Positions 36,495 through 45,720 of a stretch of 64,000 nucleotides of DNA are shown here, piece by piece. The notes beneath the pieces are model-generated. The model did no database searches and was not told where the DNA came from. It saw only the letters and a program-made list of their open reading frames with translations. Every line of letters starts with the position of its first letter. Within the stretch, counting starts at the first letter, position 1. The position numbers and the translations under genes were made by a program. The stretch is from NCBI GenBank assembly GCA_947630765.1, contig CANRIX010000009.1, forward strand, positions 10,214 to 74,213, given 5' to 3'. The DNA is from an uncultured Clostridia bacterium. Its GTDB lineage: Bacteria; Bacillota; Clostridia; Oscillospirales; CAG-382.

Positions 36495-38326
36495 GCGAAC
36501 CGTTTCAAATTGCGGGATATTGCCGCATTTCGGTGGACGAGGAGCTTGACTGCGACAACACCTCGATTGAAAACCAAAAATCCATCATCAGGGACTACGT
36601 ATCCCGCGCCTTTCCCGGCTCAAGCCTGACCTTTTACGAGAACCGTGACCGGTCGGGTTATACCTTCGAGCAGCGGGAGGGGTATCAGGCCATGCGACCG
36701 CTGCTGATGAATCACGGGTACGACGTTCTTGTCATCAAGGACTTTTCCCGCTTTTCCCGCCGCAACAGCCGGGGACTGGTGGAGCTGGAGGATCTGCGGG
36801 ACGCAGGACTGCGGATCATCTCGCTCGGCGACAGCATCGACTACCCCACCTATGACGACTGGACGGCGATCCAGCTCCGTTTCCTCGTCAACGAAATGCC
36901 GGTGACCGACGCGTCCAAAAAGGTCCGTTCGGTCATCAAACGTCGACAGGAGGACGGAAAGTGGATCTGCGCCGTGCCCTATGGTTACGTCATTACCAAC
37001 TCCAAGACCATGACCTTTGAGCCCGAACCCACCGAAGCGGAGGTGGTGCGGGAGATTTTTTCGCTGTATAACGACGGCTGGGGCTATAAGCGGATCGCGG
37101 AGCATTTGACCGACAAGCACATTCCTACGCCCCGCATGAACGAGCGCACCCGCAAGGAAGCCCGCGGCGAGGACTGTAAAATCAAGGCGCGTCCGGAATG
37201 GAGCATCGCCACGGTGCAGGGCATTTTGCAGAACGATTTTTACATCGGCACCCTGCGGCAGGGCAAATACACCCGCAAAAAAAACGGCGGCGACGTGAAA
37301 CGGGAGCAGGACGAGCATATCGTTTTTGAAAATCACCACGAGGCCATCGTGGACTATAAGACCTTCGCCGTCACAAAACAGTCGCTGAAAGTCCGCTCCA
37401 CCGGCAACTATCGCGGCGTGCGTAAGTATGACAACGTCTATTCGGGGCTGATGGAATGCGGCGACTGCGGCAGTCCCATGTTCCCCATGAGCCGCAAGGA
37501 CTTAAAAGAAGCCTACCGCTGCGGTACGTATCACCGGCGGGGGTTGAAAGGCTGCACCAGCCACCACATCCGGGTAAACGTGCTGGACGGACTGCTGAAA
37601 GAATATCTGCGCAAGGTGCTGGACGGCTCGGCGGATGATCAGAAAGTTGGAAAAACAGATCGCCGACGAGTCCTCCGCCGAAAAGCAGAACCGGGAAATA
37701 ATTTCCATTTTGGAACGCCAGCTTGCCGACGCAAAGAGGAGCTGAAAGTCCTTATCCGGCAAAAGACCCGCGAGGTGATGCGAAAGCCGGAAGAAGAGGC
37801 GCAAATCGAAGAAACCTACGGCGAGTTGATCGACGAGTGCCGTCTGCGGGCTGCGGGGCTGGAAAATCAAATCGCCCTCACCGCCGACAAGCGCAACACG
37901 ATCATTCGCGTCAACCGCATCGCGTCGACTGCGCTAGGGATCTTCGATGAGATCCTCGCACACGACCGCCTGGACAAGCGCGACTTGGAATTGCTGGTGG
38001 AGCGCATTTACGTCTATGAGGATCATATTCACATCAAGTCAAAACCCGATATAGAATGTATCCTGCAAAGCGGCGCGCTGCCGGAGGAAAACGGGTCGGA
38101 AGCCGCAAATTTTGATTCGGGCGTCATAGGTATCGCACAGACCCGCGCAGTCCAGACGAGCGCACACCGTCCGGACAAGGTCTATGGCGTCAATGTTATC
38201 AGCAGCGGCGACGGCGACGAAATGCGCACGAACGGCGTTATCCGCTTCCTTACGAGAGCATCCAGCCGGGATTCCCGAGGGAAACGTTGTCGCAGGTGTT
38301 CCCGTCCCCCGCGTCCCCGCAGGTGA
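36491..38326 (+). CDS. Large serine recombinase. The ORF stays open but about 35 codons in the coiled-coil region are out of their apparent native frame, and the 3' end reads into host DNA.
   Basis: The resolvase catalytic domain is YCRISVDEE...SIENQ...RDRSGYTFEQREG...FSRFSRR. It is followed by a recombinase domain and a zinc ribbon (CGDCGSPM...CGTYHRRGLKGCTSH). It overlaps the Bro gene stop by 4 nt. Confidence 0.85.
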   Translation: MSEPFQIAGYCRISVDEELDCDNTSIENQKSIIRDYVSRAFPGSSLTFYENRDRSGYTFEQREGYQAMRPLLMNHGYDVLVIKDFSRFSRRNSRGLVELEDLRDAGLRIISLGDSIDYPTYDDWTAIQLRFLVNEMPVTDASKKVRSVIKRRQEDGKWICAVPYGYVITNSKTMTFEPEPTEAEVVREIFSLYNDGWGYKRIAEHLTDKHIPTPRMNERTRKEARGEDCKIKARPEWSIATVQGILQNDFYIGTLRQGKYTRKKNGGDVKREQDEHIVFENHHEAIVDYKTFAVTKQSLKVRSTGNYRGVRKYDNVYSGLMECGDCGSPMFPMSRKDLKEAYRCGTYHRRGLKGCTSHHIRVNVLDGLLKEYLRKVLDGSADDQKVGKTDRRRVLRRKAEPGNNFHFGTPACRRKEELKVLIRQKTREVMRKPEEEAQIEETYGELIDECRLRAAGLENQIALTADKRNTIIRVNRIASTALGIFDEILAHDRLDKRDLELLVERIYVYEDHIHIKSKPDIECILQSGALPEENGSEAANFDSGVIGIAQTRAVQTSAHRPDKVYGVNVISSGDGDEMRTNGVIRFLTRASSRDSRGKRCRRCSRPPRPRR

Positions 38327-41129
38327 TCGTGATCGTCTCCGCACCCGCCGGGACGGACAGCTCCAGCAACACCTTTTCCCCGTAAACGAACGTGCGTGTC
38401 CGATAGTAGACCGCCTCCGGGTCCAATCCGGCTCCGTCGAAGGACACGAGGATCTGGGAACTCGCCATGACGTAGTTCGCGTCCACCTTCGCGTTGTCGT
38501 CGATGCCGCAGACCGCGACGAACCGCTTCGCCCCGTCCGGGACGGCGTAGGTGAACGACCCGACCGCGTTCGTGCCCAGTCCGCGGGAATAGACGGTCCC
38601 GTCGATCGTGATCGGGTTGTTCTTGGTGTTGCGGTCCTTGGTCGCCGGGTCGCCGGGGTAGCCGGTCGTGGCGTTCAGCCAGTCGGCGTCGGTCAGCTGG
38701 AGGTCCGGCTCGGTTTCGGCCAGGCAGGACGCCGAAAGATAGCGGTCGAGGCGGAAGATTTGCCCGTCCGGTTCGGCGTACAGCCTTAACATTCCGCCGG
38801 CGCCGAGGGAAAGCGGTTCGCCGTAGACCGGGGAATCCGCGTTCGGTTCGCTGCCGTCGGTGGTGTAGTGCAGCGGGGCGGAAAAGTTCGGTCTGAGGGC
38901 GACGGTCAAGCCGGAATCGTCCTCGTCGGTCTGCACCCGCACGCGGGGCGAGGTGCCTTCCACGAAGCGGCAGGAAAGCTCGCTGCCCGCCCCGTCGCCG
39001 TCCAAAATGCGGACGCGCAGGGTGCAGCCTTCGGTGATCGGAAGCGGCTGCCCGGAAACGATTCGGGCGGAATTCTCGCCCGGCTGACTGCCGTCGAGCG
39101 TGTAGACCGCCGTGGCAGACGGGTCGGCGAGCTCGGCGAGGACGGGAAGACTGTCGTACAGCTCCCCGCCGTACTGCGAGAGCGTCACGCGGTCAAACCG
39201 CGCGAGGAACCCGCTGACCGCCGGGAACGGCAGTTCGACGGTATCCGCTTTCGTGACGTTTCGGACCTCCTTCGCAAGACCGCTTTCCGCGTCCGTCCAA
39301 AGCTCCATGCGGTAGGTCCCTTCGCCGAGGAACTCGGAAAGGTTCAGCGTGACCGTGCGCTTGACGGACTGGTAGTTGATCCCGCCGACGAACCAGCTCC
39401 CGCCTTCGCTCTCCCGCGCGAAGACCGCCGCCGATCCGATGCGGCTGGGCTCCAGCACGACCGTGCGCTTCCAGACCGTCGGAACGCTCTTGATCATCTC
39501 CAGCGTCGGGAGCTCGAGCAGGGTCTCCGGGTCGGTGCCGAGCACCTGCAGCGGCGAATCCGTCAGCACCAATTGCGCGAGGTGGAAAGCGGTATCGACG
39601 GCGGGAGTGAAGTCCGCGTGCCCCGCCAGATTGCGGGTGAACACCTGCGTCGTGAACATCTGCGCCTGCGTGCGCAGGTCGGTGACAGCGGTGGATTCCA
39701 GCCCGAGGATCGCCTCCCGTCCCAGCTCGTTTGGCCAGGTCACGTCGTAGCCGGTCGGCTTGTTGCAGCCGTGGAAGTCGACCAGAAGCCGTTTTTCCGC
39801 CGCTGATTGCAGGATCTGCCGGTAAAGGTCCACCCCGTTCCTGACGTCGGTCTCCTGCGGGAAAAAGTCGATCTTTCCGCCGGACATGCCGGTCTGCGCA
39901 AGAAACGAGAGGAATTCCTCCGCTTCCTCCGCCGAGCGGATCCCGTTGTGGAAGCCCGCCCCGGCGATGACGCCGGTCCAGAGAAGCTGCCCCACGCCGA
40001 GCGCTTTCCCCTGTTCGGAAAGTTCCTGCAGGACGGTCTCATAGTCGTCCCAATACACCCAGCCCTCGTCGATGAGGTTGTACTCGAATCCCAGCGCACC
40101 CGCCGCGTCCGTATACGAGCGCATCAGCTCCGGGGTCACGCGGTCGGTGGTCCGGCCGGTGATCCACGACCAGACTGCCCGCCCGGGCTTGACCCAGTCG
40201 TCCGCGAACAGCTCCTCGTCCGCCGGTTCGCAGAGCTGGTAAAGGATGGTGTTGTTCACCAGTTCGTTCAGGTCGTCCGCCACCGCGAGCACCCGCCACG
40301 GGGTCAGGATCTCGCCGGTTACCGTGAAGCGGACGTTTTCCACGCCGTCGCGGGAAAAATCCGCCGTATAGCGGTTCGCGTCCGTCCAGCGCAGGCAGAT
40401 CCCCGCGTAGGCGGCAAGGTCCGCTTCCAGCAGGGCGACGTACCGCCCGTCGTCGAGCGCGACCGTCGCGGGCAGTCCGAGCGTCGTCGGATTCTCCCGC
40501 GAGGGCAGGTGGGCTTCGATCTTGCTTTCGTAGTAGATGTGCGTGCTGCCCGCCCAAAGACGGCTTTCGGCGGGGAGGACGAAGGTGGTTTGCTCGCTTT
40601 CCACGGTGCGTTCCCCGTCGCCGGGCAGGCGGTAGCGGAAGGCCGCACCCGTTTCAAAGACCCGCGCTTCCAGCGTGAACGCGGTTTCGCCCTCGCCGAC
40701 CGGCAGGGAAACGGACAGGCAGGGCGCATTCGCTTCGCTGACGCGACCAAACACCCGCCGTACGTCCGTCCGCAGTTCGCTCACCGCGTCGCCCAAACCG
40801 TCCGCGCCGAGCGCCGTGCCGTAGGAAACGCCGTCGACGGTCAAACCGAGCGCCCCCTCCTCGAGGAAAACCTTCCCGTCCCGGGAAAGGGAATAGCAGA
40901 GCTCCCCGTCCCGCACGGCGACCGTCAGGACGGTCCGCCCTTCCGGCGAATACAGTTTCCACGCCCCGTCCTCCCGCATGGCGACGCCGGCGGGACCCGT
41001 CGGCCCGGACGGGGCGGCGCTTTCGTCCGTCGGCGGGGCGTCCGGCGATCTCGCGCAGGAAGCGCCGAGCGCGAGGGCGACGAGCAGAAGCGTGCAGATG
41101 CGCAGACAGGAAAAAATGCGACGTTTCAT
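38250..41129 (-). CDS. Secreted GH97-like glycoside hydrolase with C-terminal accessory and NPCBM-like carbohydrate-binding domains
   Basis: 959 aa with a signal peptide or lipoprotein-like start MKRRIFSCLRICTLLLVALALGASC. Other motifs are NLIDEGW, GGKIDFF, VDFHGCNKPTGYDVTWPNELGREAILGLE and a C-terminal ...ITIDGTVYSRGLGTNAVGSFTY. Confidence 0.75.
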   Translation of the reverse strand: MKRRIFSCLRICTLLLVALALGASCARSPDAPPTDESAAPSGPTGPAGVAMREDGAWKLYSPEGRTVLTVAVRDGELCYSLSRDGKVFLEEGALGLTVDGVSYGTALGADGLGDAVSELRTDVRRVFGRVSEANAPCLSVSLPVGEGETAFTLEARVFETGAAFRYRLPGDGERTVESEQTTFVLPAESRLWAGSTHIYYESKIEAHLPSRENPTTLGLPATVALDDGRYVALLEADLAAYAGICLRWTDANRYTADFSRDGVENVRFTVTGEILTPWRVLAVADDLNELVNNTILYQLCEPADEELFADDWVKPGRAVWSWITGRTTDRVTPELMRSYTDAAGALGFEYNLIDEGWVYWDDYETVLQELSEQGKALGVGQLLWTGVIAGAGFHNGIRSAEEAEEFLSFLAQTGMSGGKIDFFPQETDVRNGVDLYRQILQSAAEKRLLVDFHGCNKPTGYDVTWPNELGREAILGLESTAVTDLRTQAQMFTTQVFTRNLAGHADFTPAVDTAFHLAQLVLTDSPLQVLGTDPETLLELPTLEMIKSVPTVWKRTVVLEPSRIGSAAVFARESEGGSWFVGGINYQSVKRTVTLNLSEFLGEGTYRMELWTDAESGLAKEVRNVTKADTVELPFPAVSGFLARFDRVTLSQYGGELYDSLPVLAELADPSATAVYTLDGSQPGENSARIVSGQPLPITEGCTLRVRILDGDGAGSELSCRFVEGTSPRVRVQTDEDDSGLTVALRPNFSAPLHYTTDGSEPNADSPVYGEPLSLGAGGMLRLYAEPDGQIFRLDRYLSASCLAETEPDLQLTDADWLNATTGYPGDPATKDRNTKNNPITIDGTVYSRGLGTNAVGSFTYAVPDGAKRFVAVCGIDDNAKVDANYVMASSQILVSFDGAGLDPEAVYYRTRTFVYGEKVLLELSVPAGAETITITCGDAGDGNTCDNVSLGNPGWMLS

Positions 41130-41155
41130 GAGATTGACCTGCCTTTTTTACGGAT

Positions 41156-42949
41156 TTACGAGAACTGCGAACGGTAGAGGGAAGCGTAGAAACCGTTCTG
41201 CCGCAGCAGTTCCTCGTGGGTGCCGCGCTCGACGACGTCGCCGTCCCGGACGACGAGGATGAGGTCGGCGTTCTGGATCGTGGAGAGGCGGTGGGCGATG
41301 ACGAAGCAGGTCCGCCCTTGCATGAGCGCGGACATGGCGTCCTGGATCTTGCGCTCGGTGCGGGAGTCGACGTTGGAGGTCGCCTCGTCGAGAATGAGCA
41401 TACGGCTCGCCGGGAGCATGGCGCGTGCGATGGTCAGAAGCTGCTTCTGCCCCTTGGAGATGTTGACCCCGTCGTCGGACAGGACGGTCTCGTACCCCTG
41501 CGGGAGCCGCTCGATGAAGGAGTGGATCCCGGCGGTCTTTGCCGCCTGCACGACCTCCTCCATGGTCGCACCCTCGCGCCCGTAGGTGATGTTTTCGAAG
41601 ATCGTGCCGTAAAAGAGCCACGTATCCTGCAGAACCATGGTGTACGCGAGCCGCAGGCTGTCCCGCGTCAGGTCGCGCACCTCCTGCCCGTCGACCGTGA
41701 TTTCCCCGCTGTCCGCGTCGTAGAAGCGCATGAGCAGGTTGATGATCGTGGTTTTTCCCGCGCCGGTCGGTCCGACGATGGCGACGGTCTTGCCGGGCAT
41801 GGTGGCGAAGGAGAGGTTATGCAGGACGGTCTTTTCCGGGGAATAACCGAAGAAGATGTTCTTCGCGACGACTTCCCCGCGCACGTCGGACAGCACGGAC
41901 GCGCCCGGACGGTCCGGGGCTTCCGGCTTTTCGTCGATGATGCGGAAGATGCGTTCGGCGGCGGTGAAGGCGGACTGGAATTCGCTGATGATGTTGGCGA
42001 ACTCGTTGATCGGTCCGGCGAACTTGCGGGAATACATGACGAATTCCGCGATCCCGCCGGCGGTCATGAACCAGACCGACCCTTCCGCGACCGTCCCGTT
42101 GCCGGACAGTAGGAGCAGCACGCCTCCGAAGATCATCACGAGCGAGAGGGACAGGTTGTTGACGAAGTTGACCGACGGACCGATGACGGCGCCGTAGTAG
42201 TCGGCTTTGTAGTAGGCGTCGACCGCGTCGAGGTTGCGCTCGTCGAACCGGGCGGTGACGGTTTCGGACTGGTGGTAGGCGCCGATGGTCTTGGCGCCGG
42301 AAAGCATTTCCTCGGCGTAGCCGTTGAGCTCGCCGAGCTTGCGGGAGCGCTTGCGGAACAGCGGTTGGAGTTTCTTGGCTTTCAGGCGGGTGAAAACGAT
42401 GGAGATCGGCAGGGTCACGGCGAACACCAGCAGCATCGGCGGCGAGATGCGGACCATGAAGTAGAGCGCCCCGAACACCGTGAACAGGCTGGAAAGCACC
42501 TGCACGAGGTCGGTCGACAGGGAGGAGTTGACCGTGTCGATGTCGTAGGAGATGCGGCTGACGATGTCGCCGGTCGGGTGGGTGTCGAAGTAGGAGACCG
42601 GCAGGGTCGTGAGGGTTTCAAACAGCTGCTTGCGCATACGGTAGGTGATGCGCTGGCTGAGGTTGGTCATCAGGAAGGTCAGCAGGTAGGCGAGCACCGC
42701 CGAACAGCCGTAGCAGAGCAGCATACGCCAGAAACTCGCCCAGACCACGTCCAATTGCACCCCGTTTTCGAGGCTGATCGCGTCGATGCCTTGTCCGAGG
42801 TACTGCGGACCGCGCAGGGCGAGGTAGTTCGCGAGCAGCGAGCAGGCGACGGCCGGCAGGGCGAGCGTCCAGTTCTGCAGCAGGTACCCGAACAGACGCG
42901 GGAACAGGTGCGCTCTGGATTTCTTCTTCGGCTCAGTCAAGGATCGCAC
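41156..42949 (-). CDS. ABC exporter, fused permease/ATPase (heterodimer partner B)
   Basis: 597 aa: six-TM domain, Walker A GPTGAGKTT, signature ISKGQKQ, Walker B LILDEATS. Confidence 0.9.
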   Translation of the reverse strand: MRSLTEPKKKSRAHLFPRLFGYLLQNWTLALPAVACSLLANYLALRGPQYLGQGIDAISLENGVQLDVVWASFWRMLLCYGCSAVLAYLLTFLMTNLSQRITYRMRKQLFETLTTLPVSYFDTHPTGDIVSRISYDIDTVNSSLSTDLVQVLSSLFTVFGALYFMVRISPPMLLVFAVTLPISIVFTRLKAKKLQPLFRKRSRKLGELNGYAEEMLSGAKTIGAYHQSETVTARFDERNLDAVDAYYKADYYGAVIGPSVNFVNNLSLSLVMIFGGVLLLLSGNGTVAEGSVWFMTAGGIAEFVMYSRKFAGPINEFANIISEFQSAFTAAERIFRIIDEKPEAPDRPGASVLSDVRGEVVAKNIFFGYSPEKTVLHNLSFATMPGKTVAIVGPTGAGKTTIINLLMRFYDADSGEITVDGQEVRDLTRDSLRLAYTMVLQDTWLFYGTIFENITYGREGATMEEVVQAAKTAGIHSFIERLPQGYETVLSDDGVNISKGQKQLLTIARAMLPASRMLILDEATSNVDSRTERKIQDAMSALMQGRTCFVIAHRLSTIQNADLILVVRDGDVVERGTHEELLRQNGFYASLYRSQFS

Positions 42950-44669
42950 CCCCCATCTGCGAATCGCTGATTTCCCGGTAAATTTCGCAGGTTTCGAGCA
43001 GTTCCTCGTGCCTGCCCATGCCGGCGAGCCTGCCGTCCTCCAGCACGAGGATCAGGTCCGCGTGCTTGACCGAGCTGACCCGCTGCGCGACGACGACCGA
43101 CGTCACCCCCGTGACCTCTTTCGCGATGGCGGCGCGCAGATTCGCGTCCGTGCGGTAGTCCAGCGCGGACGAGGAGTCGTCGAGAATCAGGATTTCCGGG
43201 TTCGCGGCGAGGGCGCGGGCGATCAGCAGCCGCTGCTTCTGCCCGCCGGAGAGGTTCGCGCCCTTTTGCGCGAGGACGTGGTCATAGCCGTCCGGCAGGG
43301 CGGAGATGAACGGGTCTGCCTGCGCGATCTTCGCGGCGCGGACGACGGCTTCGTCCGGCAGGTCCCGCCCGAAGCGGATATTTTCGCGGATCGTGTCCGC
43401 GTAGAGGAAATCGTTCTGCATGGCGACGCCGAAGAGCGTGTGCAGGGTCTCCTCCGGGATCGTGCGGACGTCCTTCCCGCCGATGCGGACGGCGCCGCCG
43501 TTCACGTCGTAGAACCGCATGAGCAGGTGGGTCAGGGTGGTCTTTCCGCTGCCGGTCGAGCCGATGATGCCGAGCGTTTGCCCTTTTTGCAGGGAGAAGG
43601 ACAGGCGGTCGATCAGCGGTTTGCCGGGGAGGTAGGAGAAGGAAACGTCGTCGAACACCAGGTACGGCTCGCCCTCGCGGGGCGGAAAATCGGATTCCGG
43701 CCGGACGGCGAGGTCCTTCGGCGCGTCGACCACCTCGGCGATGCGGCGGGCGGAGGCGGCGCTCTTGGTGTAGAGCATGAAGATGCGCGTGACGGAGAGC
43801 GTTGCGTTGGAGATCATGGTGAAATACTGCGTAAAGGCGATGATGCGCCCGGGGGCGGTCTGCCCGCCGATGACGCGGTAGGCGCCGAGCAGCATGACGA
43901 ACGTGATGCCGAGGTTCATCAGCAGGTTCATGATCGGGTTGACGGACCCCATCGTCAGCGCGGCGCGTCGGTCCGCCTTGACGAGGCGGCGGTTGACCGC
44001 GTCGTAGCGCTCGTGTTCCTTTTCGACGCGGGAAAGCGCCTTGATGACCCGGATCCCCTGCGCGTCCTCGCGGACGACGCGGATCATTCCGTCCACCGAG
44101 CGCTGCACGGCGGCGTACAGCCGCGACCCGCAGCGGGAAACCAGATAGACGGCGCAAAAGATCATCGGCATGACCGCCAGCATGATCAGCGACAGGAACG
44201 GGTCCATGACCAGCGTGACGAAAATGCCCCCGACCAGCAGCAGCGGGGCGCGGACGCCGAGCCGCTGCATCTGCCCGATGAAGGCGTGGACGTTGTAGGT
44301 GTCGGTGGTGATGCGGGCTTCCAGCGACGGGACGGTGAACGCGTCGATCTGGCTTGCGGAGAGGGTCATCGTGCGGTGGAACAGGTCGTGCCGGATCCTC
44401 TCCGCGCCGTCCCGCGCGACGCGGGACGCCATGCGGTTCGCCTTCACGTTCGCAAGCATCGCGAGCAGGGCGCACAGCACCATCGCGGCCCCCCACACGA
44501 GGATCATGCGCAGCCGCCCGTCGTGCGGGACGACCTCGTCGACGATATGGCTGAGGATATACGGCAGCGCAAGCTCGATGAGCGTGCCGAAGCATTTGAT
44601 GGACAGCCCCAGCAGCATCGCTTTTCCGAACGGCCGCAGGTAGCGGTATAGGAATTTCATCCGGGTCAT
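42933..44669 (-). CDS. ABC exporter, fused permease/ATPase (heterodimer partner A)
   Basis: 578 aa: Walker A GSTGSGKTT, LSGGQKQR, ILILDDSSS. It overlaps the downstream partner. Confidence 0.9.
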   Translation of the reverse strand: MTRMKFLYRYLRPFGKAMLLGLSIKCFGTLIELALPYILSHIVDEVVPHDGRLRMILVWGAAMVLCALLAMLANVKANRMASRVARDGAERIRHDLFHRTMTLSASQIDAFTVPSLEARITTDTYNVHAFIGQMQRLGVRAPLLLVGGIFVTLVMDPFLSLIMLAVMPMIFCAVYLVSRCGSRLYAAVQRSVDGMIRVVREDAQGIRVIKALSRVEKEHERYDAVNRRLVKADRRAALTMGSVNPIMNLLMNLGITFVMLLGAYRVIGGQTAPGRIIAFTQYFTMISNATLSVTRIFMLYTKSAASARRIAEVVDAPKDLAVRPESDFPPREGEPYLVFDDVSFSYLPGKPLIDRLSFSLQKGQTLGIIGSTGSGKTTLTHLLMRFYDVNGGAVRIGGKDVRTIPEETLHTLFGVAMQNDFLYADTIRENIRFGRDLPDEAVVRAAKIAQADPFISALPDGYDHVLAQKGANLSGGQKQRLLIARALAANPEILILDDSSSALDYRTDANLRAAIAKEVTGVTSVVVAQRVSSVKHADLILVLEDGRLAGMGRHEELLETCEIYREISDSQMGGAILD

Positions 44670-44823
44670 TCACCTCGGTTTCCGAAATCCTGTTCAGTAT
44701 ACACCATTTCGCGGGAAATGTCAAATCCGTTCGGCAAATTTTTCTTGACAAAACCGACGGGAAGTGGTATGCTGGAATTGTGAGAAATTCACGGAAACAA
44801 AAAATTGCAAAGGAGACGGACGT

Positions 44824-45690
44824 ATGCGCGCAAAGGTCTATTTTTCAAAGGAAATCACGCCGGAGAAGGTGCTGGAGCTGTACCGGGCGCTCGGGAAGAC
44901 CCTGCCGGGGAAGGTGGCGATCAAGGTGCATTCCGGGGAGGTCGGCAACCAGAACTTCCTGCACCCGGACTTCTGGAAGCCGGTCGTCGACGCGGTCGGC
45001 GGGACGGTCGTCGAATGCAATACCGCCTATGACGGCGAACGCAACACCACCGAAAAGCACCGCAAGGCCATTCGTCTGCACGGCTGGGATCGGTACTTCC
45101 CGTTCGACCTGATGGACGCGGAAGGGCCGGATCTGGAGCTCGCCATTCCGAACGGGCGGGTCATTCAAAAGAATTTCGTCGGGAAAAACCTGCAGAACTA
45201 CGATTCCATGCTGGTCCTTTCCCATTTCAAGGGGCACCCGATGGGCGGCTACGGCGGAGCGCTCAAGCAGCTCTCCATCGGCGTCGCGTCGTCCTACGGC
45301 AAGGCGTATATCCACGGGGCGGGCGTCCCGGAGGAGATGTGGACGGCGGAACACGACGCGTTCCTGGAATCCATGGCGGACGCGGCGTCCTCGGTCGTCG
45401 GGTTCTTCGGCGGGAAGCTGCTGTACGTCAACGTGATGAAGAACCTGTCGGTGGACTGCGACTGCTGCGCGGTCGCGGAGGACCCGTGTATGCGGGACGT
45501 CGGCATCCTCGCGTCGGACGACCCGGTGGCGATCGATCAGGCGTGTTTGGATCTGGTCTACGCGGCGACGGACGACCCGGGGCAGAAGCATTTTCTGGAG
45601 CGCGTCGAGAGCCGGCACGGGGTGCATACGATCGAAGCGGCGGCCGCGCTGGGCTTCGGTACGCGGGAATACGAATTGATCGAGCTGTGA
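44824..45690 (+). CDS. DUF362 domain-containing protein
   Basis: ATG at 44824 after AAAGGAG. MRAKVYFSKEITPEKVLELY...IKVHSGE...LSHFKGHPMGGYGGALKQLSIG...DCDCC. Confidence 0.7.
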   Translation: MRAKVYFSKEITPEKVLELYRALGKTLPGKVAIKVHSGEVGNQNFLHPDFWKPVVDAVGGTVVECNTAYDGERNTTEKHRKAIRLHGWDRYFPFDLMDAEGPDLELAIPNGRVIQKNFVGKNLQNYDSMLVLSHFKGHPMGGYGGALKQLSIGVASSYGKAYIHGAGVPEEMWTAEHDAFLESMADAASSVVGFFGGKLLYVNVMKNLSVDCDCCAVAEDPCMRDVGILASDDPVAIDQACLDLVYAATDDPGQKHFLERVESRHGVHTIEAAAALGFGTREYELIEL

Positions 45691-45720
45691 AGCGCTTGAC
45701 GGATACGGAGGTGTTTTGAA

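Larger units (their letters stand above)
25714..38200. mobile_element. Integrated element of about 12.5 kb with a large serine recombinase; a defence-type cargo island
   Basis: The region is AT-rich relative to its flanks. Spot counts are 23/60 G+C at 27001-27060 versus 38/60 at 24001-24060. The recombinase gene sits at the right edge. Inverted 15-mers GATAACGTTGACACC (25714-25728) and GGCGTCAATGTTATC (38186-38200) differ at 2 positions and lie at the composition breaks. The flanks are convergent host genes. Boundaries are approximate. Confidence 0.6.
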
